36,309 bases of DNA from Nemertoderma westbladi. Lineage: Eukaryota > Animalia > Xenacoelomorpha. The stretch lies in the NCBI GenBank assembly GCA_032718475.1, contig JAUCBJ010005878.1:1-36309 (forward strand), in the 5' to 3' direction. The position numbers and the translations under genes are program-made. The notes under the pieces were generated by a model. That model saw nothing but the letters and a program-made list of their open reading frames with translations. It was not told the origin of the DNA and did no database searches. Of the stretch, positions 10,492-22,526 are shown one piece after another. Positions within the stretch are counted from its first letter, which is position 1; every line of letters starts with the position of its first letter.

Positions 10492-11914
10492 AATAGGAAT
10501 ATTTTAGATGCAGAAATTATTTTCTTACATGGGAAACATCATTATCCAAATCTAAAAATCTGTTAATGCTTGGCTGCTCGGGTGTTTCACAATTCACAAT
10601 TTTTATTTTCGACCAATCTTTCAGTAGGAGTAGGCTATTTAACTACATGTGTTTAAAAAAAGCGTCCCCACCGATATTGCACTTGTCAGGTACTGGGTAC
10701 ACAGTGCCGGTAGTAATTCTTAAAATTTAGAACTTAACGGTACCATAGTGCATATAGGCCCGTCTGCTAAGTAGGGCATGTACGCCGAACGCGTTCGGTG
10801 CACAATTTTTTCCAGAATTTGGAGCAGGCGCAGAAAATTGAGAGTGCGGCGCTGCGCAGGCGCAGAAAATTCAGAGCAGCAGAGCGCGGCGCAGCACAGC
10901 GCAGGCGCAGAAAATTAATAGTGCGGCGCAGACTTCTCGAACAACTGAATTGGCAATTGGTGCGAGATAGAGATACTCGCAAGCACAGATTCAGATACAG
11001 GCTGTCTGTCGCTGTCAGTCAGTACCGGTATGCGGTACCAGACTGCCAGACTACAGACTGAAACTACCAGAGCTGCTGTAATGTCAATAATATAATAAAG
11101 CGTCCTACTTGGTGTGCTTAGGGCTTAGGCCAGTAGAGAAGGCAGGCGGGTAGGTGGTACGGTACAGTCAGGGCTGGCAAAGTAGGTTTTTGTAAACCTA
11201 GGTTTTTGTCAAAAACCTAAAATTTGAAAAAAGCCTAAAACTAGGTTTTTGGGTTTTTGATTTTTCAACTTTAATTTGCCTTTTAATTTCATTTGTACAC
11301 TCAAAAGTTCCAGTTGTCTTGTCAGTACTGCTGTACTGTGACTAGACTAGGCCTACCTGACTACTGCAGTACTGCACTCACACTGCCACTGGCCAGCTAA
11401 CACGTGACTGTGACTGACAGACTGATGCAGGTCCAGACAGCCAGAGGTCCGGTACCGGTAACTTAAGTCAGTAAGTCATAAGTACAGACCTATGTTGCTG
11501 GTGCTGCTGCTAACTGCCAGACTCACTGCAGATGCAGAACTGTCAGACTGCAGGACTGTACGGTACTGCTGCACTGTCAGACTGTGGTAGTATGGTCCAG
11601 CTGGCTGGGTGGTCTCTGGCTCCTACTGTCCTAAGCACTAGGCTCTGGTCAGGCTGGTGGGTGGTCAGGCAGTCTGGTGGTTATCTGGATATGGGATATG
11701 GTTTGCGCCTTTGCGGAATGGGGCATGGGGTGACATTCTGCATTTGTTGAATTGCATTTCTGCATTCAGGCATGCAGAATGCATTGATCTGTTGTTGCCA
11801 AGAAAGTCAAATCAAGACAGTCTAGGAGGATAGGCCCTATAGCCCAGTACAGAGCTGCAGAAGCAGAGTAGGCCTACAGGCTGTACCGGTAGGTGAGCCA
11901 AGTCAGCAAATTAT

Positions 11915-12310
11915 CACTGTGGGTTCTTATTTAAGTTTTTATACTTAAATAAGAAACCCATTTCAAAAAGTTATTATTTAAGGACTTTTCGTAGTTGTGT
12001 ACAATGTTGATGTCTTAAATAAGGTAAATTTTAAAAATCCCTCTTATTTAGGAACTGATCATATTTTTGATGCAATTTTAAAATGCTTGTAGAAAAAAAA
12101 CCGGACGGTGAAATGTTTTCTGGTTTTTTGCATTATGTTCAAGAAAGACCCAACTTTTATATTGTGAAATAAAATTATGCGGTAGGCCTATTTTTTCCTG
12201 AAACATGTTCTTGCATATTATATCGAAAAAATATCCAAAAATGGCCCAAAAACCCCTATATATGAGCCTTTTTCCTTAAATAAGAACCCACTTTTGGAGC
12301 TTATTTAAGG
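11915..12310. repeat. AT-rich island with repeated CTTATTTAAG/CTTAAATAAG motifs; probable degenerate MITE in the hAT 5' region
   Basis: Begins CACTGTGGGTTCTTATTTAAG. Inverted match CTTAAATAAGAACCCAC at about 12275-12291. No clean TSD. Confidence 0.4.
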
Positions 12311-12705
12311 GTATGTTAATGTTCCCTACTGCAGTACTGCCTAACTAGAAAGGCTTACTGTGTACAAGTACCAGGTGAGCTGTGTACCATGCATAATGCC
12401 ATAGGCCTGGCCTGGCCTACCCAACCTAACCATTACCTTCCAACGGTACTGTAAACATTATGTTTTGTCTTGTAATTAGTTAGGCCTATGTTTTTCCCTA
12501 TCCTGTTATCTAGACTAGCTAACTAATAACTAACATTATGCTGTTATGTACCGGTATTTTTAATTCAGATATTGTACCTAACCTATCTGCCTATAGGCCC
12601 TATGATATACAGATATACTACCCTTCTGGTTCTGCCCATAGCTGATAGCAGATCAGACTTATTCAAATTATAAATATACGGCAGGTACGGGTAATAATTA
12701 TTGAA

Positions 12706-14693
12706 ATGGCTCAACATATTGATTTGACTCTCTCTGGTGAAGTTGAGGCCGATACGTCAATGGTAGCTGATGAGGTTGTTGGACCCAGTGCCAGTGCTAC
12801 AATATCTGTGGCTCAACAACCCATAACTCTTAAAAGAAAGCATGGTGGGGGCAGAGAACCTAATGCTATTTGGGATCTATTCACTACTTCAACTTCACCT
12901 TGGGAATCGAAATCTGCCACTTGCATGCATTGCAAGTGTCAGGTAAACTACCATATAAAATCGGAGTATGTCAAGTCGCATCTTCTAAAATGTCCGGAAT
13001 TTGGTAAGAAAGTTAAAGGGATGGAGATAGCTGAACGGCCAGAGTGGTATCCCTTCGTAGCAAAAGCTAAAATTGCACAAACAGGAGCTCCTACTGATAA
13101 GATAAATCAGCAGACCTATATGAAGATATTCACTGTGGCTGGTTTAAAAAGACACAAACAGGATGCTGTTGATAGAAATCTTGCCCTTTTCATGTTCAAC
13201 ACGGGCACAAGTTTCATGCGTATAGAAGATCCATTTCTCAAATCTGCTTTCGAGATATGCCGCCCTAATTTTACTATACCCTCACGAAAAAGGATTGCTG
13301 GGGATTTATTGGATTCATGTTATGAGGAAGTGAGTAATAAGGTTAATTCTTATATGAATGCAGAAAGTAATGGAAATATGTGTTTAATATCAGATGGTTG
13401 GACCAATGTAGAGCAAGAACCTCTAATAAATTACATGGGATTAGTTGGTACAAAAACCTTCTTCATTGAAGCTGTTTCTACTGGTGAGCAAGGCCATACA
13501 GGAATGTGGATTGCTCAGGATGCTAGTCGGGTTATTGACAGGATGGAAAGTGATAAGAAATTGGAAGTAGCTGGCTTAGTGACAGATAATACCAGTGCTA
13601 ACAAGCTTGCATGGAAAATACTTGAGGAAACGTATCCGACAAAATTATTTCATGGGTGTGCAGCACACGCCCTACATCTCCTTGTTAAGGATATATTTTC
13701 TGTAAATATAAAGCCCCCCAATGATTATCCATTTGAAAATCTAATGGAATTTTCTAACCATTGCAAAGAAATTATAGTATTTTTTAAAAATCACCATATG
13801 ATTAATGCAATCCTTAGAAAGGCACAATGTCAAGAGAATATAAATCGTTTAGTAATGCCTTGTGCCACTAGATGGGGGACCTTAAAAGGTTGTTTCGAAT
13901 CCATATATCGATCAGAGAAACTTCTCACCAGCATTGTCAGTGCAAGAGATTTTATAACTGGGTCGCCATCAAACCAACGTGATAGCCGTCAACATATCAA
14001 GGATATAATAAATGATATGCAGTTCCTTACTAATTTGGAGAAATGCATCTTCATTCTTGAACCGATAGATATCCTCCTGACACAATTCCAAAGTGACTCT
14101 GTACTTGTATCCGATGTCTATGAGGCATTTATAACACTGTCAAATAAGTATGATACAGATGAAGCAAAAAAAACTGCTAAAGAATAAAGAAATAAAATTC
14201 ATCAACGGTTTGATTGAATCCCGATTCCAATTTATATATGGTGATGCGCATGCCATAGGCTACATTCTTGACCCGAGATATGTTGGCCAACATATGGAGA
14301 AGGACCTCCGTAGGGAGATTGAATGAGCAGCGTGAACCATTATTTAAGGAGTTAACTGGATATACAGTTGCAGCACTTAAGGAGAAGGATGGAAATACAT
14401 TTCGTTTCAAGATGTTGGAAAAAAAGGTAAAATTGGTGAGAGAATATTGGTTATGTGATGGAAAAGAATGGCCATTGCTTCAGAAGATAGCAATGAGGAT
14501 TTTCAGCTTGGCTCCTACTACTGCATCATCTGAACGTAATTGGTGTACATATGCATTCATACACTCGAAATTAAGAAACTCTCTAGGGGATGATAGATGT
14601 AAAAAGCTAATATACATTAAGACAAATCTGTCGCAAGTTTCAGACATTCGTTCTCCAGATTATGATGATGAATTATTCTATAATGATGAATAA
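12706..14693 (+). pseudogene. hAT transposase (BED finger, DDE core, C-terminal dimerisation domain) with two frameshifts
   Basis: BED-like IWDLF...CMHC...HLLKC; ISDGWTN (D1); VTDN (D2); CAAH (CxxH); ATRW; SSERNW (E); KLRNSL. One frameshift lies in the A-run at about 14166-14173, where the other frame reads KLLKNKEIKFINGLIESRFQFIYGDAHAIGYILDPRY. A second shift or deletion lies near 14323. Confidence 0.93.
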
Positions 14694-14744
14694 CAATGGT
14701 CGTTTATCTGAGCTGAGACTTTTGGGTTTATGTCATATATTTGA

Positions 14745-15670
14745 ACAATTTTTATAGATTTTATTTCTAAAATGGGTTGTATCTCTATCGCTTTATACTC
14801 ATCCCTCCCCGCCTTATATTAATTATAGATAAGAAACAATTACCAGTATACTGTAATAGCTTTTAAAAATTATATTAGAAATATGAAATATTTGTAATCT
14901 GTAATCATTTTATTTTGTGCTTGTAATTATTGTTTTTATACCATCAGTAGTGTTGGATTGATATATAAGGCATTTCATTTTACAATTTTTATAGATTTTA
15001 TTTCTAAAATTGGTTGAACCTCTATCGCTTTATATTCATCCTTGCCTTTAAATCTAATTATTAGATAAGAAATAATTATACTGTAATAGCTTCTAATAAT
15101 TATATTAGAAATATGAAATATTTGTAATTTGTAATCATATTTGTGCTCGTAATTATTCATTTTATATCATCAGTAGTGTTGGATTGATATATAAGGCATT
15201 TCATTTTACAATTTTTATAGATTTTATTTCTAAAATTGGTTGAACCTCTATCGCTTTATATTCATCCTTGCCTTTAAATCTAATTATTAGATAAGAAATA
15301 ATTATACTGTAATAGCTTCTAATAATTATATTAGAAATATGAAATATTTGTAATTGTAATCATATTTGTGCTCGTAATTATTCATTTTATATCATCAGTA
15401 GTGTTGGATTGATATATAAGGCATTTCATTTTACAATTTTTATAGATTTTATTTCTAAAATTGGTTGAACCTCTATCGCTTTATATTCATCCTTGCCTTT
15501 AAATCTAATTATTAGATAAGAAATAATTATACTGTAATAGCTTCTAATAATTATATTATAAATATGAAATATTTGTAATTTGTAATCATATTTGTACTCG
15601 TAATTATTAATTGTATATCATCAGTAGTGTTATATACTAATGGATTGATAATATACAGATATAAGGCATT
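14745..15670. repeat. Tandem array of about 226-bp AT-rich units (4 copies) downstream of the hAT transposase
   Basis: Anchor ACAATTTTTATAGATTTTATTTCTAAAAT recurs at 14745, 14982, 15208 and 15433. Copies 2-4 are nearly identical; copy 1 is diverged. Confidence 0.92.
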
Positions 15671-16136
15671 TAATTGTGGTGTTACAAAATTTTATAAAAA
15701 GTTTAAATTATCCCTCCCTATAAGAAATGTTAAAGGCTGAAAGGTAGGGATAATTTTTAACATGATCTTCTACTAGAGCCTAATTCTTTATAAATGGAAC
15801 CACTTTTATACATATAGGTTATAAATTGCAAAAGTTCATCACAAAAAACAGCCAATATATTTGTTTCTTTGAATTTTGAGTACCATTAATCAGTAAATCA
15901 TAATTTCAAACCACTCAGTTGAACCAATTCCTCAGAAGAGGTACAAAAGCTTAATAGAAAAATGGGGGATTATCAGATTATAAGGAAAGTAAATAAATAC
16001 TAGGTCGCCCTCACGCACTTGCTTTGGATGTCCTGTTGTCCCTTCAGGGAAGACTAACACAAGATGTGAAACATAATGTCAGAATCAGAATTGCATTGAT
16101 ATATATATTATATATTGCTATATATATATATATTGC

Positions 16137-18545
16137 TTGGCGCAATTACTTAAATACTGGTGAATATGTAGCTATTGGAGCCCTAGACCTTAGCAAAGCA
16201 TTAAATTCATTGAACCACACAATATTATTACAAAAATTAGGCGAGTTTGGATTCCACAACACTGCTATCTCTATGCTGCGCACTTTTTTAGTAAACAGAT
16301 ATCAAAGAGTGAAACTCAACGGAACCACTTCTGAGTGTGCACCTCCAACTAAATAACGATAAGACTGAATTCATGTTAATATCCCCAAATTCTAGAACAG
16401 ACGAGATAAATAGCATACAACTGGATCTCAGTGAGGATACAAATAAACAGACTAACATTCCACAATCTACACACATCAATTACCTTGGTCTAACCATTGA
16501 CAACAAACTTGAATGGCGCGAACAAATTAAGATCACCTCAAATAAAATGATCCAGGCCGTCTCTGGACTTCGGCAGATAAAGGGTCAGCTACCAGTAGGC
16601 ACAAAACTAAATATTTATAAGGCTACAGTATTACCATACCACAATTACTGCTGTGAAGTACTAGTATCATTGCATAATGTCCACGGCTTTAAAACTATCT
16701 TATATAGCTTAGAGAAAATACAAAACTATGGACTTCGCATTGTCCATAGCAAAAAGATTTCTGATATTTCTGGCACCGAATTACGTCGTCTATCAAAACT
16801 ACCAACACTAACAGCCCTTAGGGAATATTTTGCTTTACGATTTTTTTATCAATATATATTCAAAATTACCAAACCATTCCAAAACTTAGAACTACCATTT
16901 ATTAGCAACAGTCAGAAACAACTATTAACCCTATTACCACTGGGGGGGGGGGCCGAATCGGCCCCTTCCTAGTTTTTAGTTGCTGTAACTATGCAACCAC
17001 ATTACGTACCGGCCCAATTTTTTGTGAGAATTAGTCAAATTTAATGCCGCATCTTTTGCAAAAAACGCTGTTGCAATTGGATTTCTACTTTTCGATGTGG
17101 GTGCCACCTCAAAATTTGGTCTCCAGCACCAAATTTTTTGAAATTTTCGAATTTTACAAAGTCATTCGTGATTTAGTAATTATTTGTGTTTGGGCTATTT
17201 TTATTTATTTTCATTGGTTTGGATCACTCTAATGCTCTATACAAGTATGTAAGTGTAGTGGTACGTCATTTTTGGAGCACCAAATTTAGGGCGTGGCACT
17301 TTAAAATTTCAAAATTACTTTATTCGGAAAATTTACTAAAGTTCTGATTTCGAAGCATTTTTATTGGTTTTCTGGAGCGCTGAATCGATTAAAAGTAGTA
17401 TAGAAGCCTGAAGACTTAGTGGTTCGCCATTTTTGGTGCACCAAAATTAGGGTGTGGCACTTCAAATTTTGAAAATACGAGATTCGGAAAATACACTGAA
17501 GTTTTGATTTGCAAAGCATTTTTATAGGTTTTCTGGAGCGCTGAATCGATTGAAAGTAATATAGAAGCCTGAAGACTTAGTGGTTCGCCATTTTTGGTGC
17601 ACCAAAATTAGGGCGTGGCACTTCAAATTTTCAAAATTACTTTATTCGGAAAAAACACTAAAGTTTTGATTTCAAAAAATGGCTAACTTCTAAATCTTCA
17701 GGCTTTTCTATATTACTTTCAATCGATTCAGCGGTCTGGAAAACCTATATAAATTCGTTAAAATTTCAATTTCGGTTTATTTTCCGAATCTCGTATTTTT
17801 CAAAATTTGAAGTGCCACGCCCTAATTTTGGTGCACCAAAAATGGCTAACCACTCAGTCTTCAGGCTTCTATATTACTTTCAATCGATTCAGCGGCCCAG
17901 AAAACCCATAAAGATGCGTTGAAATAAAAAAATTAGGGGCATTTTCTGAATATCTAATTTTTCAAAATTTGAAGTGCCACGCCCACTTCTTATGTGCACG
18001 AAAATTAGCATCCACTTCAATTTTTGGAAGTGGAATATAATCACATTCGATTCAGCGTCTTGAAAAACCTACTAAATCTAGCCAACACTGCCACACTATT
18101 AGTTTTTAGAAAACGAAAAATTTTGTAATTTTGTCCTGGGACTACTTTTATTTTTCATCAAAATTATGAGTCCCTGCTTATGAAATTTTAACTTTTTAAG
18201 GTTTGGTAGTGTTCATCTATAGTTGTTTCACCAACAGCCCAAATTTTGTAGGATTTTATTGGACGACTACAAAAATATAGTGGGTGGGCCGAATCGGCCC
18301 CCCCCCCCCCCAGTGCTGCTAATGGTCAAAACACCCCAGTGGTAATAGGGTTAAACCCGAGAACGAATAAAGTAAAAATTCCAATAACGAAAAACACAAT
18401 ATCATACAACAGCGCTATGTTAAGTTTTGCACGCCTATGGAACTGCACAAATAAAACACTAACACTCCTAAGGCAATACAAGGAATTCATGCGCGCGTTA
18501 AAAAAACACTTTCATACAAAATACGACAGAAATGCAATTACATAA
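16137..18545 (+). pseudogene. LINE ORF2 reverse transcriptase remnant
   Basis: LDLSKALNSLNH...FLVNRYQRVKLNG is joined out of frame at about 16337 to HLQLNNDKTEFM...YLGLTIDNKLEW, so the QGS/YADD core is deleted. Removing the piggyBac insert restores the frame QKQLL-NPRTNK...FARLWN to the stop at 18545. Confidence 0.88.
16929..18350. mobile_element. Non-autonomous piggyBac-type element (1422 bp)
   Basis: TTAA TSD (16925-16928, 18351-18354). Perfect 17-bp TIR CCCTATTACCACTGGGG. Subterminal palindrome GGGCCGAATCGGCCC at both ends with asymmetric spacing. Internal repeats of about 160 bp, direct at 17260-17670 and inverted at 17680-18070. Confidence 0.93.
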
Positions 18546-18817
18546 CTTCAACTAAAAGACAACAACCAGTTACAATTATTCAACCGTTTTTTAACGAACA
18601 GTATTATTAACTGCCACTAGCCCTACATTGCAACCTGCTATACTTATTGGTGATTATTATTTATTGTGCTGTTATATTAGTGTCAATTATGATTGTGTGT
18701 GTATGAGTATGTATAAATATATTTGAGTGAGTATGTGTTTAATACTAGTAGTATGTATTGTAGTATAGATTTAGATTTAGAACAAATAACGTGCGGCTGC
18801 TGACGCTTATTCATCAC

Positions 18818-21800
18818 TAGACTGGGCCAAATTTTGGACCTTTTTTAATTTTTGAAGGCTAATAGCTTAAAGTGTCACAAAAGTTGTGCATGAGTATGAG
18901 TGACACAAGAATGAAAAAAATTTCGAAAAATATTGATGTCTAACGGTGGTTACAGCTGTTACCATGGTAACAACAAATGGCCTATTGAAATTCCCACTAA
19001 AATTACAATTTATCAAGTGTTAGTTGCCCGCCAGAGTTCACTTTGTCACCAAAAGTTGCAGAATTGGATGATAAACAAGGTAGATTGGATCCCTATACAT
19101 ATTGCTTACTTTTTGATTGAAGAAACCCACTTCCAACACATATCTAATGTATCTATGGGGAATTATTGTCACTTTTCAAAGTGATCGAAGTCATTCAAAA
19201 AATTAACAATATTCAAATACAGCACAGCATATTACATCAAATTAAATACAAATAAAGAACAATTAATATTTAGTATTAAGAGCAAAAAACCAAATTGAGA
19301 GCAAACAAACACCAATTATTAAGACCATATATTAAAAATCAAATCACTTAGAGTTTCATCAATTGGTGAAGACTTTCAAAGAGTTAGATCAAACCCATTC
19401 ATATGCGACAATACTCAATGACTTCTTTGTTACAGTTTCTGATGATGTCGAGAGTCCATGGAGCTTCTGTCTAACCCCTTTTACTACCTTGTAGAGGGCC
19501 TGTAGCTGTACATCAGTTTTGGGAGCCTTAGCTGTGTTCAAATCTGTGGCTAGCCCTAATGCACGCTCTGCAGCATCGTTCACAACTGGCAACTTGTCAA
19601 CCACTGCTTTTCCTGCTAGATACGAATTGCATGTAACCCACTGCTCCACAGGTAGTTTGACAAAGCCAGGATCAATGCCAAGTAGAGGGAACAGGGACCA
19701 CGAATCAGGCCCAACAAAGTCCTTGAGGGACTTACTCTCAAAACGATAGGAGGCTGGCATCTCTTGGAGCTTATTTTGTGGTTCGACACCCTGGACCCTT
19801 AGAAGTGCCTTCCTGATAGTTGACTTTGAAGATATCGGTACCCTGTCACTGAAGAGAGATAAAGTTACAAGGCGTTCAGATAAATACCACAAGTGGTTTT
19901 CCAACTTATTGCGAGCAGCACTGACAAGTGAGCTGAAGTTCACTGGCCACTGTCTGGATTTTTGAGATGCTAGCCTCAGTCTTGACGAATATCTTCATTA
20001 AATCAAGGTCGTTCTGAGGGGCATCTGCAGCAGAGGTAGAAGTCAGCCAGGCTTTAGTGAAGAATACTGATATGAATACAGCTAGGCTGGTGATTGATTC
20101 GAGCTCGTCAGTTGTGTAGACATCGTGGAGTTCAGATCGTAACAAGGCTATCTTGAGTGTGTACAATGCCTTGGACATCCATCTTGCATGATGGTATGCG
20201 CCTGGGTCTTTTATTGTGATGTCTGGCCACCCACTAGGAACAGTTCCACCTAAAAATAGGAGGGCTAGTTTAGCTAGCTCTAGGTAATCGTGTCTCAACG
20301 ATTGTTTGGTGCTGTTTCCCAGCCAGGTATGAAGAAATGAAGTAGTTGTCTCCACAAGACCAGTGAGCACCCTGTTCCGTTTTGTCACATTTACCAAGGC
20401 CAAGTTACACTTGTCTATGGTATCCCAATGTTGGATAAGCGGGTCAAACATCCCCTCCTTTGGTGAAGAGCTTTCTCCATAGACAATGACACTTGATGCT
20501 TTCACAATCAACTCATATATGTGGTGTCTGCAAGCCAGCTGAAGGAGGGCCCTACCAAATTCTGACTCCAATCTTTTAACAACACCCTGCTTGTACCCCG
20601 AGTTAACTGATGTTGTGTCGAATATGAGAGCACCAATCCGTGAGGTGTCAATATGATAGTCATTGAGGACCTGCATGATCTTTGAAGCCTCATTTTCAGC
20701 ATTTGGCCTACCATCTAACCCCACAATAGACAGCAGCACTTCCTGACCATCTGTTCCATCTTTTCCCAACATGGGTTAATGACTTTATTATTTTTCCATC
20801 CCAGTGTAAGGCAAATATTTTCTCGTTTTCTCCTCCAAGCTGATATTGTACAATAGCCTGTGCAGCGCCAACTCTAATTGAAGATCTTCTTCTCCCTGCT
20901 GTGTTGACAGAAAGACAGTATTCTTCAAGAGATTTACCATCTGCTTCATGGAAAGCTGCAGCCAGTTCCGTGATTGCTCGGTTTGATATGCTGTACTTAT
21001 CTGCAATCAGGCATGCTGCCTGTGGAATTCCTTCCTTTTTCTTCATCTTCTTTGAGGAGGGACCTGGAAGAGGTAGAGTGTAGGTAGTATCATCATCACT
21101 TTTGTCTGAATCATTGTCACCAACCTTCTCGGAAGCAGTGGCAAATGATACATCTTCCCCAGCACGTCTTCTTTCAGCTTCAGACTGTTCAGTCAACAGC
21201 CTACGCTTCTGGCGCTTTCTCAGTTGACATCTAATGCACCCAAAGTTGCAGTTCTGCTCCCCCCTCTCACCCCTTCCAGATACATCCAGTCCTCTAGTTT
21301 CCGCTTGTCTGTTGTTGTTGCATGTAATCGTGATAGTTCTTTTTCATAGCTTGGTTGTACCACCCAAAATGTATTTCTAAGTTTCAACAAGAAATCCTCT
21401 CTCCTCTTTATCTCAGGTTCAGTCTCTTTATTCCGCCATTTCTTCAGGAGCTTTAATTTATCTATATCTCCATTCACCATGCTCTCCAAAGCTGGCCATG
21501 ATTTAATTTCAATTCCAGTTCTTCCCCACCATTGCTGGATATCTTCTACAACCAACTTGACAGAATCCCGCACACTGGATTGTAGATTCGTGGCTTCCTG
21601 AAGATGGTGATGGTAGCCATGGAACTGTAGCAACACTTCTTCTCCAGTTGGTGGATAACAACCATGAAATCCATGATTACCAGGCTCCTTGAATAGTGGT
21701 GGTGACTTATTGACCAGCCAAAGTACGGTCTTTGCTTTCGTATTCATTACAATGATTATATTGAACAATTTAAATATTCATAGGTTATTAGGCCTACATT

Positions 21801-22526
21801 GGCTTAGGTGTACACTGTACAGTACAGTATATAGTACATAGGCTCAGGTGAACATAAGCTGTCATCATCACTGATATGACACTGACATCAGTGATTGATC
21901 AGTCCAAATCCGTCATAGGATACTGGATACTGTATTTATGTAAGCCTAGTGTAAGGAAATCGGGCATTGCAGTTACCATACTAAGTAAGAGTACAGTAGG
22001 ATGAGGAAGGTTCAGACTTTGTACGATCCTGTATTTACAGAATGAAATGTCAGATATTGCCAGTACGCAGTACGCATACTGCAGTAAGCCTGAAACCAAA
22101 ATTGCAGTATTCAGTAGTCTAACTGCATGCAGCTGTAAAGTAGAAATCACTGGTGGAGCTACAGCTGGGAAAATATTGGTGGAGACAAGGATTTCGGGTG
22201 AAATAACTGTTTTTTTTATTCAAAAGGAACTTATGTTTGTCACAGCTCTTGCAACCACATCAACTCTTGTACATCTCTCAATTCTACAACGTTTGCTACT
22301 AAAACGAACTCACCAGGTTAATAACAGTTCAAGAAATCATAGTTCTGAGCCATTTTTTTGATGCCCGCACCATCGCTACAATTGGTTACCATGGTAACCA
22401 ATGTAACCACCGTCAGACATGAAAATTTTTTTTTTTTTTTTCATGGTTATGTTCCTCATAATCATACACAACTTTTGTAAAACTTTAAACAAACTTGGAT
22501 GAAGTGACCTGATTTAGCCCAGTCTA
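18818..22526 (-). mobile_element. hATm-like DNA transposon (3709 bp) inserted in the LINE 3'UTR
   Basis: TIR TAGACTGGGC(C/T)AAAT. 8-bp TSD TTCATCAC (18810-18817, 22527-22534). Imperfect subterminal inverted similarity extends about 150 bp inward. Confidence 0.92.
19389..21768 (-). pseudogene. Divergent hAT-superfamily (hATm-like) DDE transposase with three frameshifts
   Basis: Four consecutive ORF pieces carry LHWDGK (D1), IFDTTSVNSG (D2), LACRHH (CxxH), HHARWM, NHLWYL and VVNDAAER (E). Shifts lie near 21222, 20760 and 19950. Confidence 0.88.

Noticed and set aside
10767-11061. Arg/Ala-rich ORFs 10767-10982 and 10798-11061
   Set aside because: By-products of the stop-poor GC-rich subterminal repeats of the MITE.
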